Shown: positions 1 to 8,651 of the stretch, piece after piece | Layout: each line of letters begins with the position of its first letter | Position numbering within the stretch: the stretch's first letter is position 1 | IMG/VR virus record: IMGVR_UViG_3300044723_004817 | Location: 1 to 27,704 of that record | Length of the DNA: 27,704 nucleotides | Origin: a virus | Taxonomy: Duplodnaviria; Caudoviricetes | Strand: one strand, 5' to 3' | Made by a program: the position numbers and the translations under genes | Notes under the pieces: generated by a model | Database searches by the model: none | Seen by the model: the letters and a program-made list of their open reading frames with translations, nothing else | What the model was told of the DNA's origin: nothing

Positions 1-1738
1 GGAAATCAGTGATACCTCGTCGACCCTGTACATCTCTCAGGAAGGGCTCAACCAAATTGACAAACTGTGCTCTTGTAAATTCATCGTTGAATTCGAACAG
101 GCTTTGTCTAGCTGCGATTGCAATTGCCTTTTCAAGGACGATAAACAATCGACGTACGTTAATGCGATCAAATGCACTTGGGTGACCAAGCAACGTCTTA
201 TCACCAAACAGGATTGTGCCTTCGCCTGGGAATGTCGTTACTGGGTTGACACCATTCTTATACAGTTGATCTCGCTCAGTCTTATTAGGGTTAAATGCAA
301 GACTTACTACGTTCTTAATTCGACCTCGAGTAAGACCGGCTGGCGAGTACCATGGATCTCGTACTTGATCTGTGCGAGCCATTGTACCAGCGGTATCGCC
401 GTTCAATGGTACCCAACGGTACTGATCGTTGTACTTATCGTACTGATACTTGTAACCGCTATCCAGTACTGCATATGAGGTTGATGGAAGAGTGTTTCTA
501 AACTCGATAATATCATCAATCTCTGCAGAAGTATAAGAAGTATTGTTAACTACATCAGCCTGTTCAGGTGAAATACAAACTACACAGTCTTTTCTGTACT
601 CAGCAATATTGTTGATCAAGTGGATTGCAGTAGGTGAAGTAGATGATCCCCCAAGAAGCAAGGAAATATCAACTTCCTCAGAGCTCTTAAACAGATCGTA
701 AGCCAGCTGATATTCACCTGATGTGCCAGCAATTCCATCAGAGCCGCTAGCTAGTGAGTTAGTAATTGGAGTATTACCACCACCAAATGCTGTACCGGTT
801 GCAGAAGAACCCGCACTAGTTACGCCAGACGGGTGACCTGCCCACCACAAGTAAGATGAACGACGGTTCAGTGCTTCTTTGTAGTAGTTAGATGATCCAT
901 CTTCATTCTTAGCATCCGATGCCTTGGAAACAGCATCAAATACTTCAATAACCTGACCTTTAATATTGGTCCATTCACCATCTTCGTCAACAACTACAAT
1001 GTGCATTTGATCGTTACGACCTCCGCGAGTAGTTGCAAACGGTGAAGTACCAGGAGCAGCAGTTACAAAATCATAGTACTCCCATCGACGCTTAAGAGCA
1101 GTAACAGCATTTACAGTGTTACCAGAGTAGGAAGTAGTTAATACAACAGAAAGACCATCACCTGCTACAGATGATACCTTGTAAATATCTTTATCTGGTC
1201 CAACCTGAAGTAAATCCCCTGCTGAAATTACAGCAGCCTGGTTTGCAGAGAATGTAACACCGTTGTTACCATTTACTGCTGTGTAGGTACCAGACAATGT
1301 AGATTCAAAAGCGGTGTTACTTGGGCAGATTGAATACTTGAGTGAGTTACCAAGTGCACCCGGATACTTAGCTATGACATCACCACCACCAGTAATTCCT
1401 GATGAATAGTTGGCATTGTAGTCTTCTTCACTCTTTACAAGAATAATAGAAGCATTAGCATTAGCGTTAACCAGGTTTGTGTTGTTGATACGTACCAAAT
1501 GAAGTGTATCAGAGTATGCTAAGAAGTTAGCAGCTGTAAAGAAATCCTGAAAGTAAGTTCCGTTTGGCTTTTGGAACTGACCTACAAGCTGAGCTTCGTT
1601 GCTAATAAGAACACGTTGCTCAACTGGACCCCAACGGAACTGACCGGCAAAGCCGCCAGCTGTCGTTTGCACTGCAGGAACAATCGCGGTGAGATCAATC
1701 TCACTAATATTGACTCCTGGAGAAATCTGGAAGGCCAT
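1..1738 (-). CDS. gp18: Tail sheath protein, 5' part; runs off the left edge of the window
   Basis: Not in the ORF track. Manual translation from ATG at 1738 gives MAFQISPGVNISEIDLTAIVPAVQTTAGGFAGQFRWGPVEQ, the typical T4-like gp18 N-terminus. The same frame at the window start reads NLVEPFLRDVQGRRGITDF. GAGGAG Shine-Dalgarno at 1745-1750. Confidence 0.97.
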   Translation of the reverse strand, partial: MAFQISPGVNISEIDLTAIVPAVQTTAGGFAGQFRWGPVEQRVLISNEAQLVGQFQKPNGTYFQDFFTAANFLAYSDTLHLVRINNTNLVNANANASIILVKSEEDYNANYSSGITGGGDVIAKYPGALGNSLKYSICPSNTAFESTLSGTYTAVNGNNGVTFSANQAAVISAGDLLQVGPDKDIYKVSSVAGDGLSVVLTTSYSGNTVNAVTALKRRWEYYDFVTAAPGTSPFATTRGGRNDQMHIVVVDEDGEWTNIKGQVIEVFDAVSKASDAKNEDGSSNYYKEALNRRSSYLWWAGHPSGVTSAGSSATGTAFGGGNTPITNSLASGSDGIAGTSGEYQLAYDLFKSSEEVDISLLLGGSSTSPTAIHLINNIAEYRKDCVVCISPEQADVVNNTSYTSAEIDDIIEFRNTLPSTSYAVLDSGYKYQYDKYNDQYRWVPLNGDTAGTMARTDQVRDPWYSPAGLTRGRIKNVVSLAFNPNKTERDQLYKNGVNPVTTFPGEGTILFGDKTLLGHPSAFDRINVRRLFIVLEKAIAIAARQSLFEFNDEFTRAQFVNLVEPFLRDVQGRRGITDF

Positions 1739-1769
1739 TTTTGTCTCCTCGTGGTTTTTGTTTCTCGTA

Positions 1770-1777
1770 TATTTATA
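1770..1777 (-). promoter_or_regulatory. T4-type late promoter TATAAATA upstream of gp18
   Basis: The + strand TATTTATA at 1770-1777 is a perfect gp55 consensus TATAAATA on the minus strand, in the gp17-gp18 intergenic gap. Confidence 0.9.
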
Positions 1778-1780
1778 ATT

Positions 1781-3412
1781 TTAGAAGTCTACGACATCCT
1801 CGACGTCATACTGATAACCTAAAGGACCAACCGTATCTTCCGCATGGTAAACATCGTGACCGTCATTAACTATACCAAATGGTAAAACATCATCTTCAAT
1901 CATTTTTTGATTTTCTTGATATAGTCGACTGCGGACATCGTTATCAGTAAGTTCGATAAAGAAGTCTTGTCTTACTAACCACGAAAACAAAACGGCACAC
2001 ATAACAAGGTCATCGTGGTGACCTTCTTCAGCTTCATAGCTGTTTCTCTTATTTATGAAAACTGAGAGTTCTTGCAATAGGTCGTAGTCGTTCAATATAA
2101 TCTTATCGTTTTCAACTACATCTTTTAAGTGTGAACATCCAACTCTTTTTACTGTCTTAGTTGTCTTTACTCCAAGTTGGATACGATGTGAAAATCCTCC
2201 TCCAACTTGTTGTCCACCTCTACCTCTTACACTAGTAGATAGTATATTTTCGTATTCGAGATCCTGTTGAATGATGTTTGCAACAGTTTCACCAAGATCA
2301 TTTAGTTCAACCAACACAAACGCATTATTATACATTGTAGCAGCGTTTACAATAACGTCTGGATAAAACATTGGAGAGATTTCTTTCGAGCGGTATTTCC
2401 CCACAATCTTATAAGGCATTTCGGTAACATCGAACACTAAGAAAGCACTGTAGTCTAATCCAAGACCTCTAGCCGAGTCTACTGTTATTACATATAATCT
2501 ATCGGGTTTTGGTTTCTCGTAAATATCAAATCCATTACGAGTTTTTATTGGATGGATGAAAGGTATTTGTGCTAGCTTTCTGCCATCGATAAGAGTCGCA
2601 GTACTTCCAAGGAACTCACATTCAAATTCTTGTCTAAACTGCTCTTCGCTGGTATTCTTAATTGTGTCCTTTTTCCACTTTTCATCTCTGCCAGGTACGT
2701 CTGACCAATGCACACCGTGTCTTACATAATCGTTGTTACCCTCTTCGCTGTCTACCCAAATCTTATAGAACATATTCATTCCATTTGGAGTAGACGTGAT
2801 TAGTACTTTAGTAGTAGTACCAGATGAAATTGTTGGAAATACAGAAGCAAAGAATTCTTCTTGTAAGTTGTTTGGCACGAACGCAAACTCATCAAGATAG
2901 ATTAAGTTCTGAGATGTACCTCGGATGGCTGATGATGATGTGGCTGAAGCAAGGATCTCTGAGCCATTCTCTAACTCAATGTTACCTTTGTTCCATTCCT
3001 TAACACCTTGTTGCAACCATTTAGGAAGGTGCTCGTACGCGTTTTGAATCCTACCAAGAATTTCCCTTGCTTGAGCAAGTTTGTTAGCTAGGATAGCAAC
3101 ACTATACTGTTCATTAAATAGTACTTGCCATAGGATGTATGCAGCTACGGTAGTTGTCTTACCAACCTGTCGAGGAAGTTTACAAATAACAAAACGGTTA
3201 TCATCAAACTTCTGTACCATCTCCTCTTGGAAAGGCCAAAGATCAAAGTTTACTAGACCGTAATCAACGTGAACAATCTTTACATATTTCTTAATAAAGT
3301 AAACGGGATCGCGGGAGCATTTGATATACTCCTGCACCTGCTCCTGTGTATACTCAACAGGAACGCCAACCTTTTTAAGGTTTTTGTTACCAAGATAGTT
3401 TTCTATAGCCAT
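1781..3412 (-). CDS. gp17: Terminase large subunit
   Basis: Walker A PRQVGKTT, Walker B LIYLDEFAF, ITSTPNG coupling motif, RNase H-like nuclease residues (ITVDSARG, HDDLVM). Lies between gp16 and gp18. Confidence 0.98.
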   Translation of the reverse strand: MAIENYLGNKNLKKVGVPVEYTQEQVQEYIKCSRDPVYFIKKYVKIVHVDYGLVNFDLWPFQEEMVQKFDDNRFVICKLPRQVGKTTTVAAYILWQVLFNEQYSVAILANKLAQAREILGRIQNAYEHLPKWLQQGVKEWNKGNIELENGSEILASATSSSAIRGTSQNLIYLDEFAFVPNNLQEEFFASVFPTISSGTTTKVLITSTPNGMNMFYKIWVDSEEGNNDYVRHGVHWSDVPGRDEKWKKDTIKNTSEEQFRQEFECEFLGSTATLIDGRKLAQIPFIHPIKTRNGFDIYEKPKPDRLYVITVDSARGLGLDYSAFLVFDVTEMPYKIVGKYRSKEISPMFYPDVIVNAATMYNNAFVLVELNDLGETVANIIQQDLEYENILSTSVRGRGGQQVGGGFSHRIQLGVKTTKTVKRVGCSHLKDVVENDKIILNDYDLLQELSVFINKRNSYEAEEGHHDDLVMCAVLFSWLVRQDFFIELTDNDVRSRLYQENQKMIEDDVLPFGIVNDGHDVYHAEDTVGPLGYQYDVEDVVDF

Positions 3413-3418
3413 AAGCTG

Positions 3419-3446
3419 TTGACTTTTTTTGGAACACGAGGATAAT
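3419..3446 (+). promoter_or_regulatory. Possible sigma70-like promoter (TTGACT-16 nt-GATAAT) pointing antisense into gp16
   Basis: Each hexamer matches consensus at 5/6 positions; the site lies in the 50-bp gp16/gp17 gap. Confidence 0.35.
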
Positions 3447-3462
3447 AGCCGGTGTAGCCGGA

Positions 3463-3924
3463 TTAAGACTTATCTTCTAAGTTATCCTTTAACATATTCT
3501 GTAGTTCGGTCGTAGACCCAACGAAGAGAGCGTTGGTTACGTTATTGGGACCTGACTGTGCGTTATCTTCTTGTTTGAGCTTTTTAACTTTCGCCTGTAC
3601 TTCAAGCAAGTCTTTGTTTGCATCTGTAAGGGTCTTCATCAGTGAAGCTACTACTTCAAATGCTCGGGGATGTTCGCTTGACTTAGCAATCTCTACTAGC
3701 TCATGGAGAGCATGAGAACCATTTTCAATGATGTCGTAAAGATTCTCTCTAGCATATCGATAATCGGTGTCAATGTCACCGGTATGATCTCTCCCTTCAC
3801 GATTTGTTAGTTCATTCCTGGTTTCTACAGCTACTAGCTCACCTTTAGCTTCGGAGATGCTAGCTGTATCTTCAGGCATTCCAAACAGATCGTTTAGATT
3901 GCTTTCAAGTTTTGTTTTAGACAC
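3463..3924 (-). CDS. gp16: Terminase small subunit; probable GTG start at 3924 rather than the track's 3978
   Basis: D-Y-x-Y-A-R-E-N-L and EHPRAFEV motifs and C-terminal NVTNALFVGSTTELQ, typical of T4-like gp16. The GTG at 3924 overlaps the gp15 stop by 8 nt and follows GGTGGTGG. Confidence 0.93.
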   Translation of the reverse strand: MSKTKLESNLNDLFGMPEDTASISEAKGELVAVETRNELTNREGRDHTGDIDTDYRYARENLYDIIENGSHALHELVEIAKSSEHPRAFEVVASLMKTLTDANKDLLEVQAKVKKLKQEDNAQSGPNNVTNALFVGSTTELQNMLKDNLEDKS

Positions 3925-4744
3925 TATCAGTACCACCACCGAAGAACTGCTGATCTTCGATAAATCCATAATCGTCAATACTACTTATCTGTTCTGGTGG
4001 TACGGTAATTGTTGAGTCGGATGTCGGAGTACCGTTAGCAGTTAGTCCAGGTGTGGCAGTGAGTATTGATGATATGGCTGAAGACGAGCCATCAGTCGTT
4101 TCAATGTTAGTGGTAGCAATAGCTCTTTTAATAACACCCTGAGTTCTGACTGGACCAAACAAGTATCCTTTCACGGTAAAGTTTAAAGTATGGATAAGAG
4201 CTCTTCTAGTTGAGAAGTCCCCCTCATATGTGTCCTCAGTCGAAATGTCATTAAATACGACCGGAACATCCATTTTTAACTTTAGCTCTGGAATAAGATT
4301 GACACTATTTGTCCATTCAGGTGTAAAGAAGGGAAGTATTCCTTCAAGTATCTGTACACCATCATCCGCGTTCTTTACAAACACAGACAACGCAATGTTT
4401 ATATCAAAAGGCACTGGCGTATACTGATATTTTAGTTTGTCCTGATCAGTATAAGTGTATACGTTTTTAATAGTAGAAGGTAATTTACGCGTTGAATTAT
4501 AATTCATTGACGTAATCTCAAAAGACATTCTAGGTAATGATATTGCAACATCGCGATCAAAGTTTGGATCTTGAGCAAGTCTTACCAGAAACTTTTCTTT
4601 TGGTCCATACGCAATTGGAACCCTAAGTGTTTGGATTCTTTCGCCGGCAGTATTAAATCTCTGCACATCAATGTCGTTAAACATTGTACCGAACATAATG
4701 ATGTATTTTCTGATAATACTGTGATAGTAAGTATGTCCAAACAT
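3917..4744 (-). CDS. gp15: Tail sheath stabiliser / tail terminator
   Basis: YYHSIIRKYIIMFGTMFNDI, VPIAYGPKEKF, LPRMSFE, ILPFFTP and TLNFTVKGYLFGP motifs; gp13-14-15-16-17-18 synteny. Confidence 0.96.
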   Translation of the reverse strand: MFGHTYYHSIIRKYIIMFGTMFNDIDVQRFNTAGERIQTLRVPIAYGPKEKFLVRLAQDPNFDRDVAISLPRMSFEITSMNYNSTRKLPSTIKNVYTYTDQDKLKYQYTPVPFDINIALSVFVKNADDGVQILEGILPFFTPEWTNSVNLIPELKLKMDVPVVFNDISTEDTYEGDFSTRRALIHTLNFTVKGYLFGPVRTQGVIKRAIATTNIETTDGSSSAISSILTATPGLTANGTPTSDSTITVPPEQISSIDDYGFIEDQQFFGGGTDSV

Positions 4745-5592
4745 TAGAACCTATCTACCTCACTAAATGGATTGGACTCACTGAAGTCCAATACAGAATC
4801 AGCTTCAAATTGGAAGAATGTATTGTTAGCAGCTGGTGCAGTTGTTGTCAATTCAAATTCTTGTAAGATACTATCACCATCTTCGCTCTTGACAATACCT
4901 GATCCATCTTCGAGAGTGAATTGATATATCAATGTGTTTAGACTAAACTGATCTTCAGTTGCATCTATTGCACTATCACCAGTATTAATCTCTTCGCTGC
5001 TGTACTCATAAAGTTCGCAACGAAGGTCATAAGACTGCATTCTACCAAGCTGAAAATGTACAGGGCGGTCATCGACATACATTACTTCGAATATCTTGTC
5101 CATCATAGGGAAATAGATCAGATCTCCCTCTCTTGGACGGTTCAGGGTGTTTAAGTAGTCGTCACCTTCCTGTACCCATGCTTCAGTTGCCGCATCTCCA
5201 GTTAAAAACTGTCGACTTGGTTCATTGTTGTCACCATCTTCAAATACAAGATTGTAACCAACCTCGGTCATAAGTTTGGGAGATGTTAGAACTTGATCAA
5301 ATCTCTTTCGAGACACCGTCAGTACAATTTGATCTCGTATCTCTAGCCCAAACTTACTTAAAAATTGTCCGTCTCCTTCAAAGCCCTCCATAGACTTTAA
5401 ATACATTTCTATATCTATGGCTTCTTCAAACTTAGATAATGTATCTTCACCAAATAGATGATCATTCTTTACTAATGATCTTGGCAAATACTTTACATCG
5501 TGTCCGTATATCTTGATTGATTCAAGTATAAGGTCCTCAACGACATCTTGCTCGCGAGCAAATCCATAATTGTTGAAATACTTATTTAACAT
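4744..5592 (-). CDS. gp14: Neck protein
   Basis: EQDVVEDLILESIKIYGHDVKYLPR, LSKFGLEIRD, RPREGDLIYFP and the C-terminal DFSESNPF motif. Confidence 0.96.
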   Translation of the reverse strand: MLNKYFNNYGFAREQDVVEDLILESIKIYGHDVKYLPRSLVKNDHLFGEDTLSKFEEAIDIEMYLKSMEGFEGDGQFLSKFGLEIRDQIVLTVSRKRFDQVLTSPKLMTEVGYNLVFEDGDNNEPSRQFLTGDAATEAWVQEGDDYLNTLNRPREGDLIYFPMMDKIFEVMYVDDRPVHFQLGRMQSYDLRCELYEYSSEEINTGDSAIDATEDQFSLNTLIYQFTLEDGSGIVKSEDGDSILQEFELTTTAPAANNTFFQFEADSVLDFSESNPFSEVDRF

Positions 5593-5593
5593 A

Positions 5594-6334
5594 TCAACCG
5601 GTCATATCGCTAACTGGAAGTGAATAACTTGAAATCATTTCGTCTTCTAGCCTTCGAATCTCCTCGGTAGCTTCTTCCCATATCTTTTGACCGTTAAACG
5701 TAAGACCACCAGGCATCTGCAGACCTTCAAACTTTTTTAAGTTCTCACCCCACTGCCTTTTTATTAAAGAAGTAGTGTATTGCATTAACCACCTATCAGA
5801 CCACACATCTGCATATGTGCCAGGATCGGTTACTTTATAGCTATCAACTATAAGATAGTTGCCTACAGTAACATCGTTCCAGGACATATCAATATGTACT
5901 TTGTTCGTATGACGATTAAACCTGATGGGCTGCTTTCCAACAAATATTTCCTCCAACTGAGCAACGTGTCTCATTGCAGTAACGTAAGGTACGTAAGTTG
6001 TAGAGGAGAAGTCAAATAGATCGTTCAAATGTATTTGATAACGTACATTAAAAAGATTAGAAGTTTGAGTGGAGTCACCAACATCGAATACACCGACGAC
6101 TCCGATGTAAGAATCGTCTAACGTAATGTACTGGTTGATCTTATCTTCAGCTGTGATTTGATGCTTAAGCAGCACCCTCTCTGAACCATCAAAGTGGTAG
6201 TCTCTATAATAAAGTAGAGATTCGTCAATTCTATCTTCGACTTGCTCGTCGTCCACATTGATATCTACGACCGGCTTTCCTAACCTTCGCAAGCAATGTT
6301 CTTTAAGTTGGTCTCTAGAAGTTGGGATGGCCAT
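5594..6334 (-). CDS. gp13: Neck protein
   Basis: CLRRLGKPVVDINVDDEQVEDRIDE N-terminus and KRQWGENLKKFEGLQMPGGLTFNG C-terminal motif; GAGGTG Shine-Dalgarno upstream. Confidence 0.96.
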   Translation of the reverse strand: MAIPTSRDQLKEHCLRRLGKPVVDINVDDEQVEDRIDESLLYYRDYHFDGSERVLLKHQITAEDKINQYITLDDSYIGVVGVFDVGDSTQTSNLFNVRYQIHLNDLFDFSSTTYVPYVTAMRHVAQLEEIFVGKQPIRFNRHTNKVHIDMSWNDVTVGNYLIVDSYKVTDPGTYADVWSDRWLMQYTTSLIKRQWGENLKKFEGLQMPGGLTFNGQKIWEEATEEIRRLEDEMISSYSLPVSDMTG

Positions 6335-6353
6335 AGATCACCTCTGTTTCTTC

Positions 6354-6361
6354 TATTTATC
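6354..6361 (-). promoter_or_regulatory. T4-type late promoter variant GATAAATA upstream of gp13
   Basis: 7/8 match to TATAAATA in the intergenic gap, 20 nt upstream of the gp13 start. Confidence 0.7.
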
Positions 6362-6363
6362 TA

Positions 6364-6975
6364 CTAACTTTCTTTGTGACTATGATCCATCACATGGGCT
6401 TTGAATGTATTAAGCACATTATGTTTGTTGTTCAACCAAGTAACTATAGCCTCTCTAGACCCATGAGTCACTAAAGTTGCTTCATGCTGCATAAAAGCTG
6501 GAAAAATTACAAAACTTCCTTTTTCTCGTTCACATCTACCAACTACGCTATCGCCGTCGTATATTAATAAATCTCCACCGTCATAATCTTCACTATCAGA
6601 CATATTAATAGACATTGTTAACACTCTAGTAACATCAACCGCTGGTACTACATCCTGGTGTTTTTTAAAAAAACCTCCTTCAGCATAATGTACATATTGA
6701 AAATGTGACAATGAACTGTAGTCTAAATGTTGATAAATAGACTTATAGTTCTCAATTATTAGAGATTGAAGAATTTGAGTAGTAACAGGGAATTTTGAAT
6801 AATCAACCATGTGTATTTGGCATTCGCGAATGTTGGGATCGTAATTACCACCTTTAGTTACGTCTCCGTTTGTGATTAAAGCATTGACTTTGTCACGACT
6901 GTACATCTCTATATCTTTCTTTAAAAGTTCAACCTCGCGAGTCGGTAAGACACCTTGACTTATAAACGTTTTCAT
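6364..6975 (-). CDS. 2OG-Fe(II) dioxygenase, prolyl-4-hydroxylase/PKHD-like
   Basis: Y-x-x-G-G-F-F-x-x-H-Q-D (HxD), LTMSINMS...DYDGGDL, FPAFMQHE (distal His), and GSREAIVTW (2OG-binding Arg). Confidence 0.92.
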   Translation of the reverse strand: MKTFISQGVLPTREVELLKKDIEMYSRDKVNALITNGDVTKGGNYDPNIRECQIHMVDYSKFPVTTQILQSLIIENYKSIYQHLDYSSLSHFQYVHYAEGGFFKKHQDVVPAVDVTRVLTMSINMSDSEDYDGGDLLIYDGDSVVGRCEREKGSFVIFPAFMQHEATLVTHGSREAIVTWLNNKHNVLNTFKAHVMDHSHKES

Positions 6976-7666
6976 GCAAAAAATAACCTTAGGTACAACA
7001 TACTATAACTGCCCGGATCTGCTAGAAAGGTTTTTAGAGAAGCATAGCAAATATGCAGATGAATTAATTGTAGTTGATGATGGATCTAAAAAACAAAACT
7101 GTATATCCAAGTACTCAGACGTCGATAATAATGTAAAACTGTATAAGGTACGTAAAGATATAGGATTTAACTCTCACGGTTGCAGAAATCTCATAGCTAG
7201 CGAGGCTTCAAACAACTGGATAGTTTTGATCGATATTGATCGAGAGTTTGATAATCCAGAATATACTTTCAACACTCTGTCCACTAGAAAACTAAAAGAA
7301 AACGTACGCTACTTATTTATTACGCATTATCGCAAATTATCCAATGATACTCACGCTTCTGTAAATGATTTTCTAATTCATCGTAATCATTATTTTAGTG
7401 TAGGTGGTTATGATGAGGAATTAGTAGGACAAAGATGGGGTGACAGAGAATTTTTAGATCAGCTTAAAGTCATGGGAGGAAAAGAATCTTTGTTATATGA
7501 TATTGATTTAATTGCAACTAGGAACGCAAGTTTGTTACCGAGAGTAAGACACAAGGTTGTTTGGAAAACTGCTGAACGCAGTCATTTTAAATTGATGGAA
7601 CAAAGAGCAAAGAAACCCGATCCAAATAAACCTATCCTACAATTCGAATGGGATCGACTGTTTTAA
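6974..7666 (+). CDS. GT-A fold glycosyltransferase (GT2 N-terminus with GT7/galactosyltransferase-like C-terminal motif)
   Basis: ELIVVDDGS, RNLIA, DID (DxD), and GGYDEELVGQRWGDREF resembling the GGFDE..GWGGED motif. It is the only credible + strand gene in the window. Confidence 0.88.
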   Translation: MQKITLGTTYYNCPDLLERFLEKHSKYADELIVVDDGSKKQNCISKYSDVDNNVKLYKVRKDIGFNSHGCRNLIASEASNNWIVLIDIDREFDNPEYTFNTLSTRKLKENVRYLFITHYRKLSNDTHASVNDFLIHRNHYFSVGGYDEELVGQRWGDREFLDQLKVMGGKESLLYDIDLIATRNASLLPRVRHKVVWKTAERSHFKLMEQRAKKPDPNKPILQFEWDRLF

Positions 7667-8651
7667 AATCTTTTAGAGAAAAACTTGTACCTTTCATCTT
7701 GTCTAGCATTACCATATCATTGTTCTTCCAAACAAGCACCTCGTTATCTTCATAAAGAAAATCACAATCTTTGCAGAAAGGTACCTCATCAAATCTTTGC
7801 TCAGCATGCATTTGCCTAAGCCACTTGTATCGATTACCGTTCCAAACCTGCTCTAAGGTTAGTTCTTTCATTGATCCTAAATCAGCGTCATCATCTCTAC
7901 CTAACGTCTGACAGCAGGGGGCTATGGACAGTGTGGTACCATTTGTACCACCTGCTCTTACAGTTAGGTCCGGTGAGAATGGTCTTCCACAACTTCGCTT
8001 TTCTCCTTGCCGCTTATAGTCAACCTCGTAAATACCAGACCAGTTATGCATCTTCCATATTTCAGCATAAGTGTCGGCGTGATTAATGAAATTAGCTCGG
8101 TATAGATTAACTTCTTCGTCTATGTTGTTGTTATCCAAAATTAAGTGGTAGGAGGCGACCTTACAGTCGGCGTTTTTCCACATAACATATTCTTTCATTG
8201 ACACAGCGTTTTCTCTAACATGGTCAAACGCATCTCTGTTCATCCATTTTTTATACGTCTGCTGATTGTATCCTATAACAGAAAACCTAGCTAAACTTAA
8301 ACCAGCATCTACACAGTTCATCATATACGTACCGTACAGATTGTATCCATTGGTGTAGATGAAGGCTTGAGCTCCGTGTTTCCTAACAATCTCAATATAC
8401 TTTGGTAAGTCTTTAGCCAACGTTGGCTCACCAGATCCTTCTAGGTTAACCACATTAAGACCAGCCTTAGCACACTCTGAAACCACATATTCAAAGTTTG
8501 CTAGGCTCATTTTCTTTAACCAATTTTTACCCCGGGCACCAGTAGATCCATTAGTATTGGTTTGAGGACACATTTCACACGTATAGTTACATCCTCCGTT
8601 AACTTCAATTACGGCTCTATCAATACTTAAAGGTATACTATAATCAACCAT
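7632..8651 (-). CDS. Radical SAM enzyme with a C-terminal SPASM/Twitch auxiliary Fe-S domain
   Basis: CNYTCEMC (CxxxCxxC), GSGEPTL, YTNG; C-terminal CGRPF...IAPCC...LGS...LEQVWNG...CKDC. Confidence 0.93.
   Translation of the reverse strand: MVDYSIPLSIDRAVIEVNGGCNYTCEMCPQTNTNGSTGARGKNWLKKMSLANFEYVVSECAKAGLNVVNLEGSGEPTLAKDLPKYIEIVRKHGAQAFIYTNGYNLYGTYMMNCVDAGLSLARFSVIGYNQQTYKKWMNRDAFDHVRENAVSMKEYVMWKNADCKVASYHLILDNNNIDEEVNLYRANFINHADTYAEIWKMHNWSGIYEVDYKRQGEKRSCGRPFSPDLTVRAGGTNGTTLSIAPCCQTLGRDDDADLGSMKELTLEQVWNGNRYKWLRQMHAEQRFDEVPFCKDCDFLYEDNEVLVWKNNDMVMLDKMKGTSFSLKDFKTVDPIRIVG

Noticed and set aside
104-1822. + strand ORFs 104..478 and 1571..1822
   Set aside because: They are antisense shadows of the gp18 tail sheath frame and have no motifs.
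1781-3412. Intron or intein in the terminase
   Set aside because: The ORF is continuous at 543 aa with normal motif spacing and no insertion.
3925-3978. N-terminal extension of gp16 given in the ORF track
   Set aside because: It overlaps gp15 by 62 nt and encodes implausible sequence. The GTG at 3924 fits better.
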